A stretch of 64,000 nt of DNA from Mycoplasmatota bacterium (lineage in GTDB: Bacteria; Bacillota_I; Bacilli_A; MAG-NZ): positions 620,001-684,000 of the forward strand of contig CP074575.1 in NCBI GenBank assembly GCA_018394315.1, in the 5' to 3' direction. A program made the translations under genes and the position numbers. The notes beneath the pieces were generated by a model. The model was given only the letters and a program-made list of their open reading frames with translations, had not been told where the DNA came from and searched no databases. Below, piece by piece: positions 1 to 11,029 of the stretch. The first letter of the stretch is position 1. Each line of letters opens with the position of its first letter.

Positions 1-1
1 A

Positions 2-1072
2 ATGTTAGATATTCTAAAAATCATTGGTTGTGAGTATAAGATTAAGAATAAGAAGGTAATCATTAATTCATCTGGATTAAAAAGTAATGTTCTAGATAAC
101 TCGCTTATTTCTGATATCCGAGGCTCTTATTATTTAATGGGTGTACTAATAAATATATTTGATTCGCTCACGATAAATTATCCTGGAGGATGTAAAATTG
201 GTGATAGACCAATTAACTTTCATTTAGATGGATTTAAGCAGCTAGGAATTGAAGTTAAGGAAGAAGAGAATCAGATACAGATATCGAAAAAGGAAATTCT
301 AGGTGGAAAAATTACTTTACCTAAATCCTCAGTTGGCGCAACGATTAACTTAATTTTCGCGAGTGTTAAGTGTAAAGGTGTTACTGTTATAGAAAATGCA
401 TCTATTGAGCCTGAGGTAGAAGATGTTATCAGTTTCCTTAATTTAATGGGGGCAAAAATTTCATGGATAGATAATAAGGTAGTTGAAATAAGAGGAGTTA
501 CTAAGCTAAATAATGTAGAATTCAAAATTAAACCTGATCGTATCGAAGCTGGTACATATGCAGTAATAGGAGCACTATTTGGTGAAGTTAGATTATTTAA
601 TGTTAATATTCACGATATGAAAAGTACTCTTAATGTTCTTGAAGAATTAGGGTGTGAGATATCTTATAATGATAATATATTAAAGATTAAAAGAAAGGAA
701 CTAAAAAAAGTTGATATAGTGACAAATCCATACCCAGGGTTTCCAACAGATTTGCAACAACCATTTACTGTTGTGCTCACCAAAGTAGGTGGCAGTGTTA
801 CCGATAATATCTTTAATAATAGATTTAGTAATTGCCTTGAAATTAATAAGATGAATGGTGATATTGCGATTAGTGATGATTCTATTAGTATAAAGCCTAC
901 CAAGTTAAAAGGCACCAAAGTGAAAGCAAATAATTTAAGAGGTGGAATGTCTTTAGTGCTAGCTGGACTAATAGCTGAAGGTGAAACCACTGTAGAGAAT
1001 ATTGAAATCATCGAAAGAGGATATCCAAACTTCATTAATAAACTTCTTAAATTAGGCGCAAAGATTATTTAA
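2..1072 (+). CDS. murA: UDP-N-acetylglucosamine 1-carboxyvinyltransferase (5' truncated by window edge)
   Basis: PGGCKIGDRPINFH catalytic Cys loop, SVGATINL, PDRIEAGT, YPGFPTDLQ, ERGY motifs. Confidence 0.95.
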   Translation: MLDILKIIGCEYKIKNKKVIINSSGLKSNVLDNSLISDIRGSYYLMGVLINIFDSLTINYPGGCKIGDRPINFHLDGFKQLGIEVKEEENQIQISKKEILGGKITLPKSSVGATINLIFASVKCKGVTVIENASIEPEVEDVISFLNLMGAKISWIDNKVVEIRGVTKLNNVEFKIKPDRIEAGTYAVIGALFGEVRLFNVNIHDMKSTLNVLEELGCEISYNDNILKIKRKELKKVDIVTNPYPGFPTDLQQPFTVVLTKVGGSVTDNIFNNRFSNCLEINKMNGDIAISDDSISIKPTKLKGTKVKANNLRGGMSLVLAGLIAEGETTVENIEIIERGYPNFINKLLKLGAKII

Positions 1073-1085
1073 CCATCATTCGAAA

Positions 1086-1114
1086 CCCTCTTCTAAAATG
1101 AAGAGGGATTTTTT
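1086..1114 (+). terminator. Rho-independent terminator after murA
   Basis: ccctcttc-taaaat-gaagaggg hairpin followed by T tract. Confidence 0.8.
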
Positions 1115-1323
1115 CTTTTAAACATTATACAGAGATTTATATTGTTAATTCTCTCAAGTTAATCATTTAGTTAATAAATTACTGATACTATACTATAAAT
1201 TTCGCTTATGTTATTATCTTTTCTTTATAAAGAAAACACTTGAAAATATAGCTAATAATTGTTATAATAATTGAGCAAAAACTTACTATGGTCCAAGGGA
1301 CTATGGCGGAAGGAGAAAATTTA

Positions 1324-1614
1324 ATGAGAGAGAGTATTCATCCTAAGTATAATACGGTTACAGTTACTTGTACTACTTGTGGTGCAGAATTTGAGACTGG
1401 TTCAGTTTTAGATTCAATCAAGGTAGATACATGTTCTAATTGTCATCCTTTCTATACAGGAAAACAAAACGCAATTCAAGCAGATGGTCGTGTTGATAGA
1501 TTTAACAAGCGTTTCGAAACAGCTCAAAAAGTCAAAGCTGAACATGATCAAATTGTGACAGAAAGAGCCAAGAGAGCTGCTGAAAGAGCTGCACTAGAAG
1601 AAGAAAATAATTAA
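1324..1614 (+). CDS. rpmE: 50S ribosomal protein L31, zinc-binding type, with charged C-terminal extension
   Basis: MRESIHPKY...CTTC...[10 protein letters not shown]...[10 protein letters not shown]; aaggag RBS precedes ATG 1324 (ORF track starts 1288). Confidence 0.95.
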   Translation: MRESIHPKYNTVTVTCTTCGAEFETGSVLDSIKVDTCSNCHPFYTGKQNAIQADGRVDRFNKRFETAQKVKAEHDQIVTERAKRAAERAALEEENN

Positions 1615-1730
1615 TGAAAAGTCACTAAGTGACTTTTTTCTTTTTATGTAAATCAAAGAGTTGTAGACTATTGTCATTTGGAATTTCTTTTTTATGTAAA
1701 ATAATATAAAATAACTATGGAGGGGATACT

Positions 1731-2324
1731 ATGTATATTACACCAAGAGAAGGTTGGGTAGAAGTGATTTGTGGGAGCATGTTTGCAGGAAAAACAGAAG
1801 AATTGATTCGTAGAATTAAAAGAATAGATTATGCTAAAAAGAAGGTCTTGGTTTTTAGACCTGCCATAGATAATAGATATAGTGATACTGAGGTTGTTTC
1901 TCACAGTAATTTTAGATATACGGCTAATGTCATTGAGAAAGCGAGAGAAATTATGGATTTTGTAACAACGGAGACTTATGCAGTAGCTATTGATGAAGCT
2001 CAATTCTTTGATGATGAATTAGTTGAAGTATGCGACTATTTAGCTGATCACGGAGTTAGAGTTATTTGCGCTGGATTAGATAAAGACTTCAGAGGAGAAG
2101 TGTTTGGACTAATGGGAGAATTAGTTGTTAAAGCGGAGTATGTTACTAAGTTATCTGCTATTTGCAATGTGTGTGGAAATCCTGCTACTAGAACCCAAAG
2201 ATTAATAAATGGTAATCCTGCTAATTATAATGACCCAATTGTAATGGTTGGAGCTGCTGAAAGTTACGAGCCAAGATGTCGTCACTGCCATTCGGTAATT
2301 GATAAACCTAATTATGAAAGATAA
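1731..2324 (+). CDS. tdk: Thymidine kinase
   Basis: GSMFAGKTEEL Walker A, IDEAQFF, GLDKDFRGE, Zn-binding CxxC pairs. Confidence 0.95.
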   Translation: MYITPREGWVEVICGSMFAGKTEELIRRIKRIDYAKKKVLVFRPAIDNRYSDTEVVSHSNFRYTANVIEKAREIMDFVTTETYAVAIDEAQFFDDELVEVCDYLADHGVRVICAGLDKDFRGEVFGLMGELVVKAEYVTKLSAICNVCGNPATRTQRLINGNPANYNDPIVMVGAAESYEPRCRHCHSVIDKPNYER

Positions 2325-2769
2325 GTATATGAAAATGGCTCTGGAAGAAGCTAAAAAAGCATATTTGTTAGGGGAAGTTCCAATAGGTGCCGTAATCGTT
2401 AAAAATGATGAAGTTATTTCTAAAGCCTATAACATGAGGGAGAAGTCACAGATGGCTACTGCTCATGCTGAAGTTTTAGCCATTGAGGAAGCTTGTAGGA
2501 AATTAGGAACCTGGAGGTTAGATGGCTGCGATCTGTATGTAACAGTTTTACCATGTGCGATGTGTGCGGGAGCAATTATTAATTCACGCGTTAGCAAAGT
2601 AGTTTACGGAGCATTAGAAGAAAAGTTTGGATATCTAGATATTATAAATGATATTCTTAATTCTGATAAATTCAATCACAAGGTTATGGTTGAAGGTGGA
2701 GTTATGGAAGAGAAATGTTCATTACTTATGAAACAGTTTTTCCAAAATTTAAGAAATAAAAACAATTGA
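2314..2769 (+). CDS. tadA: tRNA-specific adenosine deaminase
   Basis: EVPIGAV, HAE, PCAMC motifs; adjacent to SRP RNA as in Bacillota. Confidence 0.9.
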   Translation: MKDKYMKMALEEAKKAYLLGEVPIGAVIVKNDEVISKAYNMREKSQMATAHAEVLAIEEACRKLGTWRLDGCDLYVTVLPCAMCAGAIINSRVSKVVYGALEEKFGYLDIINDILNSDKFNHKVMVEGGVMEEKCSLLMKQFFQNLRNKNN

Positions 2770-2803
2770 ATATAAAGATTTAATATGATAATATTAATTA
2801 CTT

Positions 2804-2920
2804 AAAGTCTCTTTTTAGGTACCTTCATCCAATGGGGTAAGAGTGAACCAGGTCAGGACGGGAACGTAGCAGCCTTAAGCACTTAGTTCATGTGGGTGGG
2901 GGTACCTAAGATGAGACTTT
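2804..2920 (+). ncRNA. ffs: Signal recognition particle RNA (small bacterial type); ends approximate
   Basis: Helix-8 motif ggtcaggacg-GGAA-cgtagcagcc inside a long rod closed by taggtacc/ggtaccta and aaagtctc/gagacttt; directly after tadA. Confidence 0.9.
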
Positions 2921-2971
2921 TTGTATACCATTTTCTAGATATTGTTGATATAATATCAATGTTAGAAGGGA

Positions 2972-3769
2972 GTGGTTTATTTGGTAACAAGAGAAATGAT
3001 CATTGATTCAATAATTAGTGTCTCTATGAAATCAAAGCATGTTAGAGCAGTTTGGGAAATTGGTGCGGTAGCTTTCGGTCGTGTTGATGAGTGGAGTGAT
3101 GTTGATTTAGTTTTTGATGTTTCAGATGAATCTTTTGAAGAAGTATTTGCTTTAATTGAAGTTGAGTTAGAGAAATATGCCCCGATAGAACATAAATATG
3201 GTGCACCTAATGGAATTGCTAAAGGAGCATATCAAAATGTTTATAAGTTAGAGAACATTAGTGAGTTTTTAGTAATAGAACTATGCTTTATTCCTTCATC
3301 TAGTGAGCATAAAGCAATCGAAAAAGAGATACACGGAGATATCATAGTACATTTTGATAAAGAAGGTGTACTAAAAGAGGAAGAAGTTGATCTAGAGACA
3401 TTTGCAAAAAAAATCGAGGCACGTTTAGAGACTATGAAAACTCTACTTGGAATGTATCAATTCATGGTGAAAAAAGAAATTAATAGGGAAAACCCAATTG
3501 AAGCTTATTTCTACTATTTTAGTGTTGCATTAGCACCTATTTTAGAATTAGTTAAAATGCATTATACTCCATTTAGATATGACTTTAGACATAGATACGT
3601 TTATTATGAGTTGCCAGAGCATGTTGTTAAAGAGATTGAAGAATTTACTTTTGTAAAAGATTTAGATGATTTATCTACTAAATATAAGAAGTTACTAGTT
3701 CGTTTCAAGGAGGAGTTGGATTACTTAAATAGTATTGATATACTAGAACACTTAAAGAAGCATAAATAA
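2972..3769 (+). CDS. Pol-beta-superfamily nucleotidyltransferase domain protein (aminoglycoside/lincosamide NTase-like)
   Basis: GAVAFGRVDEWSDVDL motif followed by helical C-terminal domain. Confidence 0.65.
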   Translation: MVYLVTREMIIDSIISVSMKSKHVRAVWEIGAVAFGRVDEWSDVDLVFDVSDESFEEVFALIEVELEKYAPIEHKYGAPNGIAKGAYQNVYKLENISEFLVIELCFIPSSSEHKAIEKEIHGDIIVHFDKEGVLKEEEVDLETFAKKIEARLETMKTLLGMYQFMVKKEINRENPIEAYFYYFSVALAPILELVKMHYTPFRYDFRHRYVYYELPEHVVKEIEEFTFVKDLDDLSTKYKKLLVRFKEELDYLNSIDILEHLKKHK

Positions 3770-3801
3770 AAAATACTGAGTTGGATAATCCACTCAGTAT
3801 T

Positions 3802-5529
3802 TTATTTCTTGAATTTTTTTGCAGTAAACCACATTGAAACACCATTTTCGATATTTTCAATTCCGAAATCGAAATTATGTGCTTTAAGAGTTTCTGAAAC
3901 AATATATAATCCAAGACCTGTACCTTTGGTTTTAGATGAGGATTTAGTTCTTGATTCATCAACTCTATAAAATGGTTCGAATAAGTGTTCTAAAGAATCT
4001 TCTGGAATACTCACACCATAGTTATTCACCATAAATGTTATTGTGTTTCGGTTTTCACGTATGCTGATATCAATTTTTTCACCAGCAGGAGTATATTTTA
4101 TCGCATTTGTGATAATGTTAGAAACGACCATTGATAGTAGCTTCTTATCACCATAAATAACTGGGCTTCTAACCGTATCAAGTGAAACTTCTTGACGGTA
4201 TTGATTTGTAAGATTAATAACAGAATCTAAAGTTTTTTGAGCCAATGTTTTTAAATTAATCTTATCTAGGTCTTCTTTAATATCCATTTCATCTAGCTTG
4301 AATATATCAAGTAGGTCTTTTATCATGACGTCTAGATTCGTGATTTCGGCTAAGACTTTATGTAATTCTTCTTCTTGCTCATTTATTGAAAATATTCCGT
4401 CTAGTATACCTTGAACAGTAATATTCATCACCATTAATGGTGTTTTCAATTCATGTGATATAGCTGAAATAAAGTTTCTTCTTAGGGCAACTTGCTTTGT
4501 TTGTTTTTCATATAATTCTAAAACTTCTTTATTACGGTTATTTAATTGGTCAATATTTTCTTTTAGATTAACCGCAATTGTATTGATACTATTCGATAAT
4601 GAAGAAGTTTCTTTATTTTGATTTTCATTAGCGTTGATATCAAAATTAAGTTCTGATATTTCTTTAGCAGCATCATCAATTGAGATAATTGGTTTAGAGA
4701 TCATATTACTAACTATAACTGAGATAATTATCGCTAATGCTATCATAACTGCATAAATTGAAAAGTTATAGGTACTTAAGATGTTTAAGACACTTTCACT
4801 GCTTTGCATAACGTATATTGTTAACAAGATATGATGATCATTTATCTTATGTAGATAAATATAGTTTGTAGAAAACTCTGTTTCACTTATCCATGGTTCT
4901 CCTGTTTCAATGTGAGTAATTATCTCACTTTGATCTAGAGACTTTATTTGGGATAACTCACCTCTTGCTACTTGGTTATACATAAACATTGGATTTAAAT
5001 TATCGGGGGAGTGAATCTCGGTAGCCATCCCTCTAATTTCCATGCAATCATCACAACCATAATCAAATTTAAGATCATTGTTGACTTTAAGACTACTGAC
5101 GTTCCAGTCTTCACTATCTGAAATTTTAGAAACTTTAGCTACAATTCTATCCCTGAGTTTTATAGATGTAAGTATGTCATCTAAAATTATATTGAAGCGT
5201 TCAGCTGTTGACCTATTGGTAACTTCAACTGAGTTAACCGAGTATTCACTTGTAACTAAGTCGTAGTTGTTATCAACAATTAAAGAGATACTATTATTAT
5301 TGGATGCGAAAGTATACATGTCATCGAAGTAATCGTCATTATTAATAATAGAAATTTTTTCTACGAATGATTCTAATTCAAGTTCAATTTCAGATAACTG
5401 AGTATTCATGTAAAATCCTTGGAAGAGAACACGGTAAATTAAGAATTGTAAGACTATTAATAATAGAATGAATGAAGTAATTAAGAAAAAGATTTGATTA
5501 GATAATGAAAGATTTCTGAATTTTCTCAT
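3802..5529 (-). CDS. Membrane sensor histidine kinase (HAMP-HisKA-HATPase)
   Basis: Two TM segments, SHELKTPL H-box, NAIKY N-box, GTGLGL G-box. Confidence 0.93.
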   Translation of the reverse strand: MRKFRNLSLSNQIFFLITSFILLLIVLQFLIYRVLFQGFYMNTQLSEIELELESFVEKISIINNDDYFDDMYTFASNNNSISLIVDNNYDLVTSEYSVNSVEVTNRSTAERFNIILDDILTSIKLRDRIVAKVSKISDSEDWNVSSLKVNNDLKFDYGCDDCMEIRGMATEIHSPDNLNPMFMYNQVARGELSQIKSLDQSEIITHIETGEPWISETEFSTNYIYLHKINDHHILLTIYVMQSSESVLNILSTYNFSIYAVMIALAIIISVIVSNMISKPIISIDDAAKEISELNFDINANENQNKETSSLSNSINTIAVNLKENIDQLNNRNKEVLELYEKQTKQVALRRNFISAISHELKTPLMVMNITVQGILDGIFSINEQEEELHKVLAEITNLDVMIKDLLDIFKLDEMDIKEDLDKINLKTLAQKTLDSVINLTNQYRQEVSLDTVRSPVIYGDKKLLSMVVSNIITNAIKYTPAGEKIDISIRENRNTITFMVNNYGVSIPEDSLEHLFEPFYRVDESRTKSSSKTKGTGLGLYIVSETLKAHNFDFGIENIENGVSMWFTAKKFKK

Positions 5530-6206
5530 TTGTCTACTTCAAATCTATATCCTAAACCAAAAACGGTCTTTATAATTCTTGAATGTAGTCCAAGTAATTT
5601 ACGTAGTTTCTTAATATAAGTATCAACAATTCTAGTTTCTACTCCGCTTGTTCCCCATACTTCTTCAAGAATCTTTTCTCTAGTACACACTTCTCCTTGA
5701 TTGTTTATCAGAAATTTAAGTAAATCAAATTCTGTTCTTGATATATCGATAGTTTTTCCATCTACCTTGACTAATAATGTCTCGGTATTCAATTCGATAG
5801 GTCCCACATGTAATGTTTCTTTTGTTTCTTCTAAGTTAGAGGATGATATTCTATGTAATAAACTTTTTGCCTTCGCAACTAATATTTTGGGGTTGAAAGG
5901 TTTAGTAATGTAATCATCAATTCTGTAGGAGTAACCCTTTAAGATGTCTTCTTCACTAGATAATGCAGTCATTATAATGATTGGTATATTGCTGGTTTCT
6001 CTAATAGTTTCTGTTACTGTCCAACCGTCAATATGTGGCATCATTATGTCTAAACAGATCAAATCGATATCGTTACTATTGAATTTTTCTAGTGCGATAA
6101 AGCCATCGTCTGCAGTAATAACGTTAAAACCCTCAGCTTTGAAGTATTTAGAAACTACAGATTGGATAGTGGGTTCATCTTCTACAACTAAGATTGTTTT
6201 TTCCAT
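5526..6206 (-). CDS. OmpR-family response regulator
   Basis: LVVEDE, LDIMMP, DDYITKPF receiver motifs; winged-helix C-terminus; overlaps kinase start. Confidence 0.95.
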   Translation of the reverse strand: MEKTILVVEDEPTIQSVVSKYFKAEGFNVITADDGFIALEKFNSNDIDLICLDIMMPHIDGWTVTETIRETSNIPIIIMTALSSEEDILKGYSYRIDDYITKPFNPKILVAKAKSLLHRISSSNLEETKETLHVGPIELNTETLLVKVDGKTIDISRTEFDLLKFLINNQGEVCTREKILEEVWGTSGVETRIVDTYIKKLRKLLGLHSRIIKTVFGLGYRFEVDK

Positions 6207-6310
6207 AATTACCCCCTTTAAATTATTTTATCATATAAAGGATTAATTTTAAAACGTTTGTGCTAAAATAGGATAGGTATTAACTAGCTGTATAAGGAAG
6301 GTGACGATAT

Positions 6311-8167
6311 ATGTTTGATGTTATCGTTATTGGTGGAGGACACGCTGGTATCGAAGCAAGTTTAGCTTCTGCTAGGATGAGTCACTCTACTCTATTAGTG
6401 ACAGGAAATGTAAATAAGATAGGAAATTTACCATGTAATCCATCTATTGGTGGACCCGCTAAAGGCATTGTGGTTCGTGAAATTGATGCCTTAGGTGGAG
6501 AAATGGGAGTAAACATAGATAAAACTTATATACAAATGAAAATGTTGAACTTATCAAAGGGTCCCGCAGTTAGAGCTTTACGCGCCCAAGCTGATAAAAT
6601 TCTATATACTAAAGAGATTATAAGAACTTTGAAGAAACAGGATAATCTAAATATTCTTGAGGCATTTGTTGATCGACTTGTGGTTGAAAATAACCTTATA
6701 AAGGGTGTTGTTTTAGAAAGTGGAGAAGTATTACATTCTAAAGCAGTAATTATTACTACAGGAACATATATGCAAAGTAAGATATTAGTGGGTAACAGAG
6801 TAACCATTAATGGCCCTGAAGGAGATAGAACTTCATTTGGATTAAGTGATCATCTAAGGGAGTTAGGGTTCGAGACGTTTAGACTTAAAACGGGAACTCC
6901 CCCTAGAATTCATAAAGATTCTATTGATTACTCTAAAACTATTATTCACCCAGGTGATAAAGTTATGAGAAAATTTTCTTACACTAATCAAGTGCCTTTT
7001 ATGAGGGTTGACGAACAATTACCATGTCACTTAACATATACAACTCATAACACGCACGAGATTATTAACAGAAATTTAACTCGAAGTAGTATGTATTCGG
7101 GCGTTGTTGAGGGAGTTGGACCAAGGTATTGTCCGAGCATTGAAGATAAGATTGTTAGGTTTAGTGATAAAGATAAGCATCAGTTATTCTTAGAACCTGA
7201 AAGCATTTTTACAGATGAAGTTTATTTAGCTGGATTTTCTAGCAGCTTACCTTACGAAGTCCAAGATGATATGATTAAGACAATTCCGGGATTAGAAAAC
7301 TGTGAAATATTAAAATATGCATATGCGATAGAGTACGATGCAATCGTTCCTAAACAATTGCTTCCAACTTTAGAGACTAAAATTATAAGTGGGCTTTATT
7401 CAGCAGGGCAAGTAAATGGAACGAGTGGGTACGAAGAAGCCGCAGGTCAAGGATTAGTTGCTGGAATTAATGCTTGTTTAAAGATAGAAGAAAGAGATCC
7501 GTTGATTTTGAAACGAAATGAAGCCTATATTGGTGTTTTAATAGATGATCTAGTCACTAAAGGAACAAAAGAGCCATATAGACTACTAACCTCAAGGGCT
7601 GAGTTCAGATTGCTTTTGCGTCACGATAATGCGGATATAAGATTAACTGAAAAAGGACATGAGGTAGGTTTAATTAATAATTCACGTTATTTAGAATATA
7701 AGAATAAACTTTTGAATATCGAAGAAGAAATTACTCATCTAAGAATTACTAAAATATACCCTACAGAAGATGTAAATGAGTATTTACTTAGTATTGGTTC
7801 AACTAAGTTAAAGGATAAGTCTTTAGCTTATGACTTATTAAAAAGACCTGAGTTATCTTATTATCAAGTGAAAGAAATAATTGGTCAGTTAGTTAAAATA
7901 ACACCAGAAGAAGCTGAACAAGTTGAAGTACAAATAAAGTATCAAGGATATATTGATAAAGCCGAGAAGAATGCTGAAAAGATGTTGAAAATGGAAAATC
8001 TACTAATACCACCAACTATTAATTATGATGATATTCATAATTTAGCTTACGAAGCCAAAGAGAAACTGAAGGAAATCGAACCACAAACAATTGGTCAAGC
8101 AATGAGAATTAGTGGTGTAACTCCTGCAGATATATCTATTTTAATGATACATATTAGGACGTTATGA
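6311..8167 (+). CDS. mnmG: tRNA uridine 5-carboxymethylaminomethyl modification enzyme MnmG/GidA
   Basis: [42 protein letters not shown]. Confidence 0.97.
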   Translation: MFDVIVIGGGHAGIEASLASARMSHSTLLVTGNVNKIGNLPCNPSIGGPAKGIVVREIDALGGEMGVNIDKTYIQMKMLNLSKGPAVRALRAQADKILYTKEIIRTLKKQDNLNILEAFVDRLVVENNLIKGVVLESGEVLHSKAVIITTGTYMQSKILVGNRVTINGPEGDRTSFGLSDHLRELGFETFRLKTGTPPRIHKDSIDYSKTIIHPGDKVMRKFSYTNQVPFMRVDEQLPCHLTYTTHNTHEIINRNLTRSSMYSGVVEGVGPRYCPSIEDKIVRFSDKDKHQLFLEPESIFTDEVYLAGFSSSLPYEVQDDMIKTIPGLENCEILKYAYAIEYDAIVPKQLLPTLETKIISGLYSAGQVNGTSGYEEAAGQGLVAGINACLKIEERDPLILKRNEAYIGVLIDDLVTKGTKEPYRLLTSRAEFRLLLRHDNADIRLTEKGHEVGLINNSRYLEYKNKLLNIEEEITHLRITKIYPTEDVNEYLLSIGSTKLKDKSLAYDLLKRPELSYYQVKEIIGQLVKITPEEAEQVEVQIKYQGYIDKAEKNAEKMLKMENLLIPPTINYDDIHNLAYEAKEKLKEIEPQTIGQAMRISGVTPADISILMIHIRTL

Positions 8168-8850
8168 GAGATTTGTTTTTAGACTTAGGAATTGAACTAA
8201 CAAATGATCAATTAGAAAAGTTCAATAAGTATTATGAGTTGTTGGTAGAGTGGAACGATAAGGTTAATTTAACTGCAATTGTAGAGAAAAAAGAAGTATT
8301 TATCAAGCATTTTTTTGATTCTTTAGCAGTTCTTAAAGTTTATAATTTTAGGAATGAACTAATTTGTGATATTGGCTCGGGAGCAGGATTTCCTGGTATA
8401 CCGTTAAAGATTGTCTATCCAGAGATAAGTCTAACAATCGTAGATTCTCTAAGGAAAAGAATAGATTTTTTAAATATGCTCTCAAGCGAGTTAAATTTAA
8501 ATGTGAATGCGGTTCATGCAAGAGCTGAAGATTATATCAAATTTAATAGAGAAAAGTTTGATGTTGTTTTTGCTAGAGCTGTGGCTAGATTAAATATATT
8601 AAGTGAACTCTGTATTCCCTATGTTAAGATAGGTGGATATTTTATTGCGCTGAAAGGTAGTAGTGCTATTGATGAAGTCAGAAGTAGTGTTATAGCATTT
8701 AAAGAATTAGGGGCAGACTTAGATAAAGTGATTAATTATCAATTACCTAGTGGATTAGGAGAACGCGCATTAGTTAAAGTAAAGAAGAAGAGGGCTACTA
8801 ACAAAAAGTATCCTAGAAGTTTTGGGAAAATTAAGAAGTTACCTCTCTAA
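8164..8850 (+). CDS. rsmG: 16S rRNA m7G527 methyltransferase RsmG/GidB
   Basis: [30 protein letters not shown]; follows mnmG. Confidence 0.95.
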   Translation: MRDLFLDLGIELTNDQLEKFNKYYELLVEWNDKVNLTAIVEKKEVFIKHFFDSLAVLKVYNFRNELICDIGSGAGFPGIPLKIVYPEISLTIVDSLRKRIDFLNMLSSELNLNVNAVHARAEDYIKFNREKFDVVFARAVARLNILSELCIPYVKIGGYFIALKGSSAIDEVRSSVIAFKELGADLDKVINYQLPSGLGERALVKVKKKRATNKKYPRSFGKIKKLPL

Positions 8851-8937
8851 ATAATTTAGTAGTGCTAAATTCAAGAAAATATGATTTAATAGTAGTATAG
8901 GAAGTTTAGAAAAGTTGACTTTTTAGAGGTGAATGAG

Positions 8938-9711
8938 ATGGGAAAAATAATATCAGTTGTTAATCAAAAAGGTGGAGTAGGTAAGACTACTACTGCTGTA
9001 AACTTAGGAGCTGCATTAGCATATAAAGGAAGAAAAGTATTGTTGGTTGATTTGGACCCTCAAAGTAACGCAACTGTCGGGGTTGGGATTAATAGAGGTT
9101 TTTTAGAGTATAATGGTTACGATGTACTAATTGGAGATGTAGCAACTGTTGATGCTATTGTCGAATCGAGTGTAAAGAATTTGGACATCTTACCTTCAAC
9201 AATAGATTTAGCTGGGTTGGAATTATCGTTAGCTAATTTAGAAGAAAGAGAATTTCAACTGTTTAATAAATTGAGTACAGTGAGAGATAACTATGATTAT
9301 GTTATTATTGATTGTCCTCCATCGTTAGGATTAGTTACTATTAATGCATTATGTGCATCAAATAGCACTCTAATTCCAGTTCAATGTGAGTTTTATGCGC
9401 TGGATGGGCTAACTCAATTACTTAATACTATTAGAATAGTGCAGACAAGACTTAGACCTCGTAAAAGGGATTTGAAGATTGAGGGAGTTCTATTAACTAT
9501 GTTAGATAATAGAAATAATTTTGGGTTTGAGATAGTTAATGAGGTAAAGAAGTACTTCAAGGAGAAAGTGTTTAATACGATTATTCCAAGAAATGTGCAA
9601 TTACAAATTGCTCCATCTCATGGGAAGTCTATTCAACAATTTTCACCAAATTCTAGAGGTGCAATGGTGTATCGTGAATTAGCGGCGGAGGTCGAGAAAA
9701 ATGAAGAGTAG
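8938..9711 (+). CDS. parA: Chromosome partitioning ATPase ParA/Soj
   Basis: NQKGGVGKTTT deviant Walker A, DLDPQ, IDCPPSLG, PVQCEFYA. Confidence 0.95.
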   Translation: MGKIISVVNQKGGVGKTTTAVNLGAALAYKGRKVLLVDLDPQSNATVGVGINRGFLEYNGYDVLIGDVATVDAIVESSVKNLDILPSTIDLAGLELSLANLEEREFQLFNKLSTVRDNYDYVIIDCPPSLGLVTINALCASNSTLIPVQCEFYALDGLTQLLNTIRIVQTRLRPRKRDLKIEGVLLTMLDNRNNFGFEIVNEVKKYFKEKVFNTIIPRNVQLQIAPSHGKSIQQFSPNSRGAMVYRELAAEVEKNEE

Positions 9712-10522
9712 ATTAGGTAAGGGGTTAAGTGAATTATTTAATGAAAATAATTTTTTAGATGCAATGGATGGTGAAACTAGTTCTGAGATAAGTTTAGATG
9801 ATGTTGTTGCAAATCCGTACCAGCCAAGAAAAGTTTTTGATCAAGCTCAACTACAAGAGTTAGCTGATTCAATAAAAGAGCATGGTGTTGTCACACCAAT
9901 TATTGTTAAGTTAGTTAATGATAAATATGTAATTATAGCGGGCGAAAGACGTACTAGAGCTTGTCGCTTAGCAGGATTAGAAACAATACCAGCAATCATA
10001 AGAGATTATACTGAAGCTCAAATGATGGAGATTGCATTATTAGAAAATATTCAACGTGAAGATCTAACACCGATTGAAATTGCTTATTCTTATAAAGCTA
10101 TGATTGATAAATTAGGTATTACACAAGATCAATTATCTAAAAGGGTTGGTAAGAGCAGATCGCAAGTAACTAATATGATAGGGTTATTGAATCTACCTGA
10201 TTTGGTTCAAAATATGGTTGACCAAGGTGACATATCAATGGGTCATGCCAGAGTCCTAAGTAAGATTAAGGATAATGATAGAATTATTGAAATTGCTAAA
10301 CAAGTAAGGGAGCAAAGTTTAAGTGTTCGTGATATTGAGGCAATTGGTAGAGAAGAAGTTAAAAAGATTAAAGTCATCCGAAAGATAACAAATGAATACG
10401 CTGATTATCAAAGAGACTTTACTCAAGCTCTTAATATGGATGTAACTGTTAAAAAGGGATCAGTTATTATTAAATTTAAAAACAATAATGAACTTGAAGA
10501 ATTATTAACTAAGGTTAAGTAG
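9701..10522 (+). CDS. parB: Chromosome partitioning protein ParB/Spo0J
   Basis: LGKGL N-terminus, NPYQPRK, IAGERR, ENIQREDL, HTH. Confidence 0.95.
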   Translation: MKSRLGKGLSELFNENNFLDAMDGETSSEISLDDVVANPYQPRKVFDQAQLQELADSIKEHGVVTPIIVKLVNDKYVIIAGERRTRACRLAGLETIPAIIRDYTEAQMMEIALLENIQREDLTPIEIAYSYKAMIDKLGITQDQLSKRVGKSRSQVTNMIGLLNLPDLVQNMVDQGDISMGHARVLSKIKDNDRIIEIAKQVREQSLSVRDIEAIGREEVKKIKVIRKITNEYADYQRDFTQALNMDVTVKKGSVIIKFKNNNELEELLTKVK

Positions 10523-10710
10523 TGATAGATATTAAGTTAAATGACATTGTGGTTTTAAAAAAAGGGCATGCCTGTGGTGCTAATCTATGGAAGATTGTAA
10601 GATTTGGCGCAGATGTAAAACTTGAATGTCAAGAATGCAAAAGAATAATAATGATGCCTAGAGTCGAAGTGAAAAAGAAAGTTAAGAAAGTTATTGAATT
10701 AGAGGAGTAG
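10522..10710 (+). CDS. DUF951-like small protein
   Basis: LKKGHACG...W...GADVKLECQEC pattern; usual neighbour of parB. Confidence 0.8.
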   Translation: MIDIKLNDIVVLKKGHACGANLWKIVRFGADVKLECQECKRIIMMPRVEVKKKVKKVIELEE

Positions 10711-10747
10711 ATAACTCTACTCCGATTTTTATTTAAAGAGGTTAAAT

Positions 10748-11029
10748 ATGAAAAAAATAGTGGACACAATTATAAAATTTAGAGATGAAAGAAACTGGGA
10801 AAAACATGATACTCCAAGTAATTTAGCCAAATCAATTATTATCGAAGCAGCAGAACTCTTAGAAAATTACCAGTGGTCAGATGAAGCAGTAGATTTAGAA
10901 AATGTAAAAGAAGAGCTTGCAGATATTTTAATATATTCAATAGCTATGGTGTATGATTTAGGATTAGATATAGAAGATATTATCTTTGAAAAACTAAAGA
11001 AAAATGCGCTTAAATATCCTATTAAGTAA
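10748..11029 (+). CDS. MazG-like nucleotide pyrophosphohydrolase
   Basis: FRDERNW, EAAELLE, EELAD, KYP motifs. Confidence 0.85.
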   Translation: MKKIVDTIIKFRDERNWEKHDTPSNLAKSIIIEAAELLENYQWSDEAVDLENVKEELADILIYSIAMVYDLGLDIEDIIFEKLKKNALKYPIK

